Sequence record: SRR22947725_3599
Length of the DNA stretch: 37,888 nt
Strand: one strand, 5' to 3'
Below the pieces are notes generated by a model, which searched no databases, had not been told where the DNA came from, and saw only the letters and a program-made list of their open reading frames with translations. Of the stretch, positions 36,086-37,888 are shown in pieces. Made by a program: the position numbers and the translations under genes. Within the stretch, counting starts at the first letter, position 1; every line of letters begins with the position of its first letter.

Positions 36086-37888
36086 ATGGTCTCAAACTTT
36101 CTTAGAAGGTCACATCAAATTCTGCCTGCCTATCATCTTATCTGGATCTATTTGTTTTTTCTTCTCTTGCCAGGGGTTTCTGCTCAATTGCCATTGGGGG
36201 AAGCGCTGGATACGAACCATCTGAACTGGGAAAGTACGGGGCACTGGATTTCCCAATCCGAAGTGACTTACGATAATCAGGATGCCCTTGCATCAGGCAC
36301 GATTGAGGATGAGGAGGCAGTTGAGTTATCCCTGAAAGTGGTGGGCCCGCTGGAAGGTTCCTTCTGGTGGAAAGTATCCTCAGAGGAGGACTTTGATTTT
36401 TTTAACTTTTCAATTGATGGAACCGTTGTTTCCAGCATCAGCGGGGATGTCGACTGGACCAAGGAAACATTTGAACTTGCTGCCGGTGCGCACCGACTTG
36501 ACTGGGTCTATCGAAAAGACGAGTCCCTTTCTGATGGCCTTGACATCGGTTGGCTGGATCAATTGGAGCTTTTGCTTGAAGCAACGATTTTGATCATTGA
36601 ACAGCCTGTTGCTCTTTCGCTGGTCGAGGGCGAATCAGGGAGTGTTTCCGTGGTGGCGCAGGGAGGTACCGACATGCGCTATCAATGGTTCAAGGATGGG
36701 GTCGCTCTTTCGGGTGCCGAAGCACCTTCCTACGCCATTGCCAGCGCTCAAACCGCTGATGCAGGTGATTACCACGTAAGTGTCCAGCTGGGCGCCGAAA
36801 CGATCGAAAGTGATGCTGTTTCCCTTACCGTGCTGGAGGCAAGTGCCTCGATTGATGATGCTTTGGAAACAGAGGCGCTTCCATGGGGGACACAGGATGG
36901 CTGGGAAATTCAATCGACACTTTCTCATGATGGAGAGGATGCCTTGCAGACGCAATTCCTCCAGGATGGGCAGGCTGCGACACTCACCCTGAACTTGCAG
37001 GGTCCACTTGAGGGAAGCTTCTACTGGAGAGTTTCCAGTGAGAAAGATTACGATATTTTCAATTTCAGTGTGGATGATTCAGTGGTGTCCCAGATCAGTG
37101 GGGAAGAGAACTGGGTGGAAGTCACTTTTGAACTGGAGGCAGGTGGTCATCAATTGAAATGGATGTATGCCAAGGATGATTCGGTGTCCTGGGGTGCGGA
37201 CAGAGCATGGCTGGATCAGCTTTCCATAAAGCGTGCACAAGGTCCCCTTCCTGCAGGGATCTACTTTCTGGAGAATTTTGATGGCCTGCCACTGGGGCCT
37301 TTTGAGTCCAGCTCGGAAAGCAAAGGGGACGGTACCGACTGGACAGGCCGAGGACCCGAGGGATGGGTCATGACACGTGGCCCCGGGCATGGTCTCGTCG
37401 ACGGTGGTCAGTCTGTGACGGAATATGATGGATGGACCTTTCTGGATCCGGTGTCATGGAATGCCTCAGCGACGCAGGACAGGGATCAGTTCACCAAGGG
37501 AAAGGGTGTGATTGCGGTCGCTGATTCTGATGAGTTCGATGATCTGGACGATGCTGTCTTTCATGCCTCATTGAGTACGCCTGCCATCGACATACGCGCT
37601 GCAGCTTCCAGCAGCCTTGTATTGCACTTTGATTCCAGTTGGCGTCAGGAACCACAGGCAGGTCAACTCACCGCACGGTTCGATGGAGGCAGTGAGGTTG
37701 TTTTGCTGGAGCTTGATGAGGCAAGCCCCAGCGCGCTCAATGCCACATATGCATTGGCATTGAACAATCCAGCCGGTGCGCGTTATGTGGTCCTGAAGTG
37801 GAATTATCAAGGCATCAACAACTGGTGGTGGGCCATTGACAATATCAGGGTTCAAGCGCAGCCCAAAGCCAATGAAGCTCCCACTGCC
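36086..37888 (+). CDS. large secreted/surface protein with repeated beta-sandwich and Ig-like domains; runs off the window
   Basis: Absent from the ORF track (no stop). Manual translation MVSNFLRRSHQILPAYHLIWIYLFFLLLPGVSAQ...; two copies of a GSF(W/Y)W(K/R)VSSE.D(F/Y)D...ISG..W...H.L.W.Y.KD...WLDQL domain; Ig-like YQWFKDG...DAGDY; then a domain ending NNWWWAIDNI. 601 codons open. Confidence 0.85.
   Translation, partial: MVSNFLRRSHQILPAYHLIWIYLFFLLLPGVSAQLPLGEALDTNHLNWESTGHWISQSEVTYDNQDALASGTIEDEEAVELSLKVVGPLEGSFWWKVSSEEDFDFFNFSIDGTVVSSISGDVDWTKETFELAAGAHRLDWVYRKDESLSDGLDIGWLDQLELLLEATILIIEQPVALSLVEGESGSVSVVAQGGTDMRYQWFKDGVALSGAEAPSYAIASAQTADAGDYHVSVQLGAETIESDAVSLTVLEASASIDDALETEALPWGTQDGWEIQSTLSHDGEDALQTQFLQDGQAATLTLNLQGPLEGSFYWRVSSEKDYDIFNFSVDDSVVSQISGEENWVEVTFELEAGGHQLKWMYAKDDSVSWGADRAWLDQLSIKRAQGPLPAGIYFLENFDGLPLGPFESSSESKGDGTDWTGRGPEGWVMTRGPGHGLVDGGQSVTEYDGWTFLDPVSWNASATQDRDQFTKGKGVIAVADSDEFDDLDDAVFHASLSTPAIDIRAAASSSLVLHFDSSWRQEPQAGQLTARFDGGSEVVLLELDEASPSALNATYALALNNPAGARYVVLKWNYQGINNWWWAIDNIRVQAQPKANEAPTA

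Overview
The window looks like a Verrucomicrobiota (PVC) chromosome segment, inferred from the gene families present. It has two parts. The core-like left part (1-12292) holds a FecR/TPR outer-membrane protein cut by the window edge, asnS, an M13 peptidase, two small hypotheticals, pgsA-pgpA-dtd, an M14 peptidase, bioB, pyrC and tRNA-Gly(TCC). The accessory part (about 12300-35600) starts right after the tRNA, is compositionally mosaic, and has no integrase or transposase I can see. It carries mostly exported glycan-acting or uncharacterised enzymes: a PL1-type pectate lyase, a double DUF1080 protein, a DUF1549/DUF1553-DUF1501 pair, a sialate O-acetylesterase, a DMFase-large-subunit-like protein, a BNR sialidase-like protein, a sulfatase, a DoxX-like protein, two ankyrin proteins, a DUF3237 fusion and a beta-propeller. 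The window ends in a large Ig-containing surface protein. The most unusual signal is in the spacers. Orphan copies of an ankyrin-lipoprotein leader (MKHLxLxTxAAxVLxxxx) and of an ankyrin tail (ETADLLRKHGGKTGAELKA) flank unrelated cargo genes, alongside stacked 3'-end gene remnants. My hypothesis is that conserved ends of an expanded ankyrin gene family act as recombination handles for integrase-independent cassette exchange.
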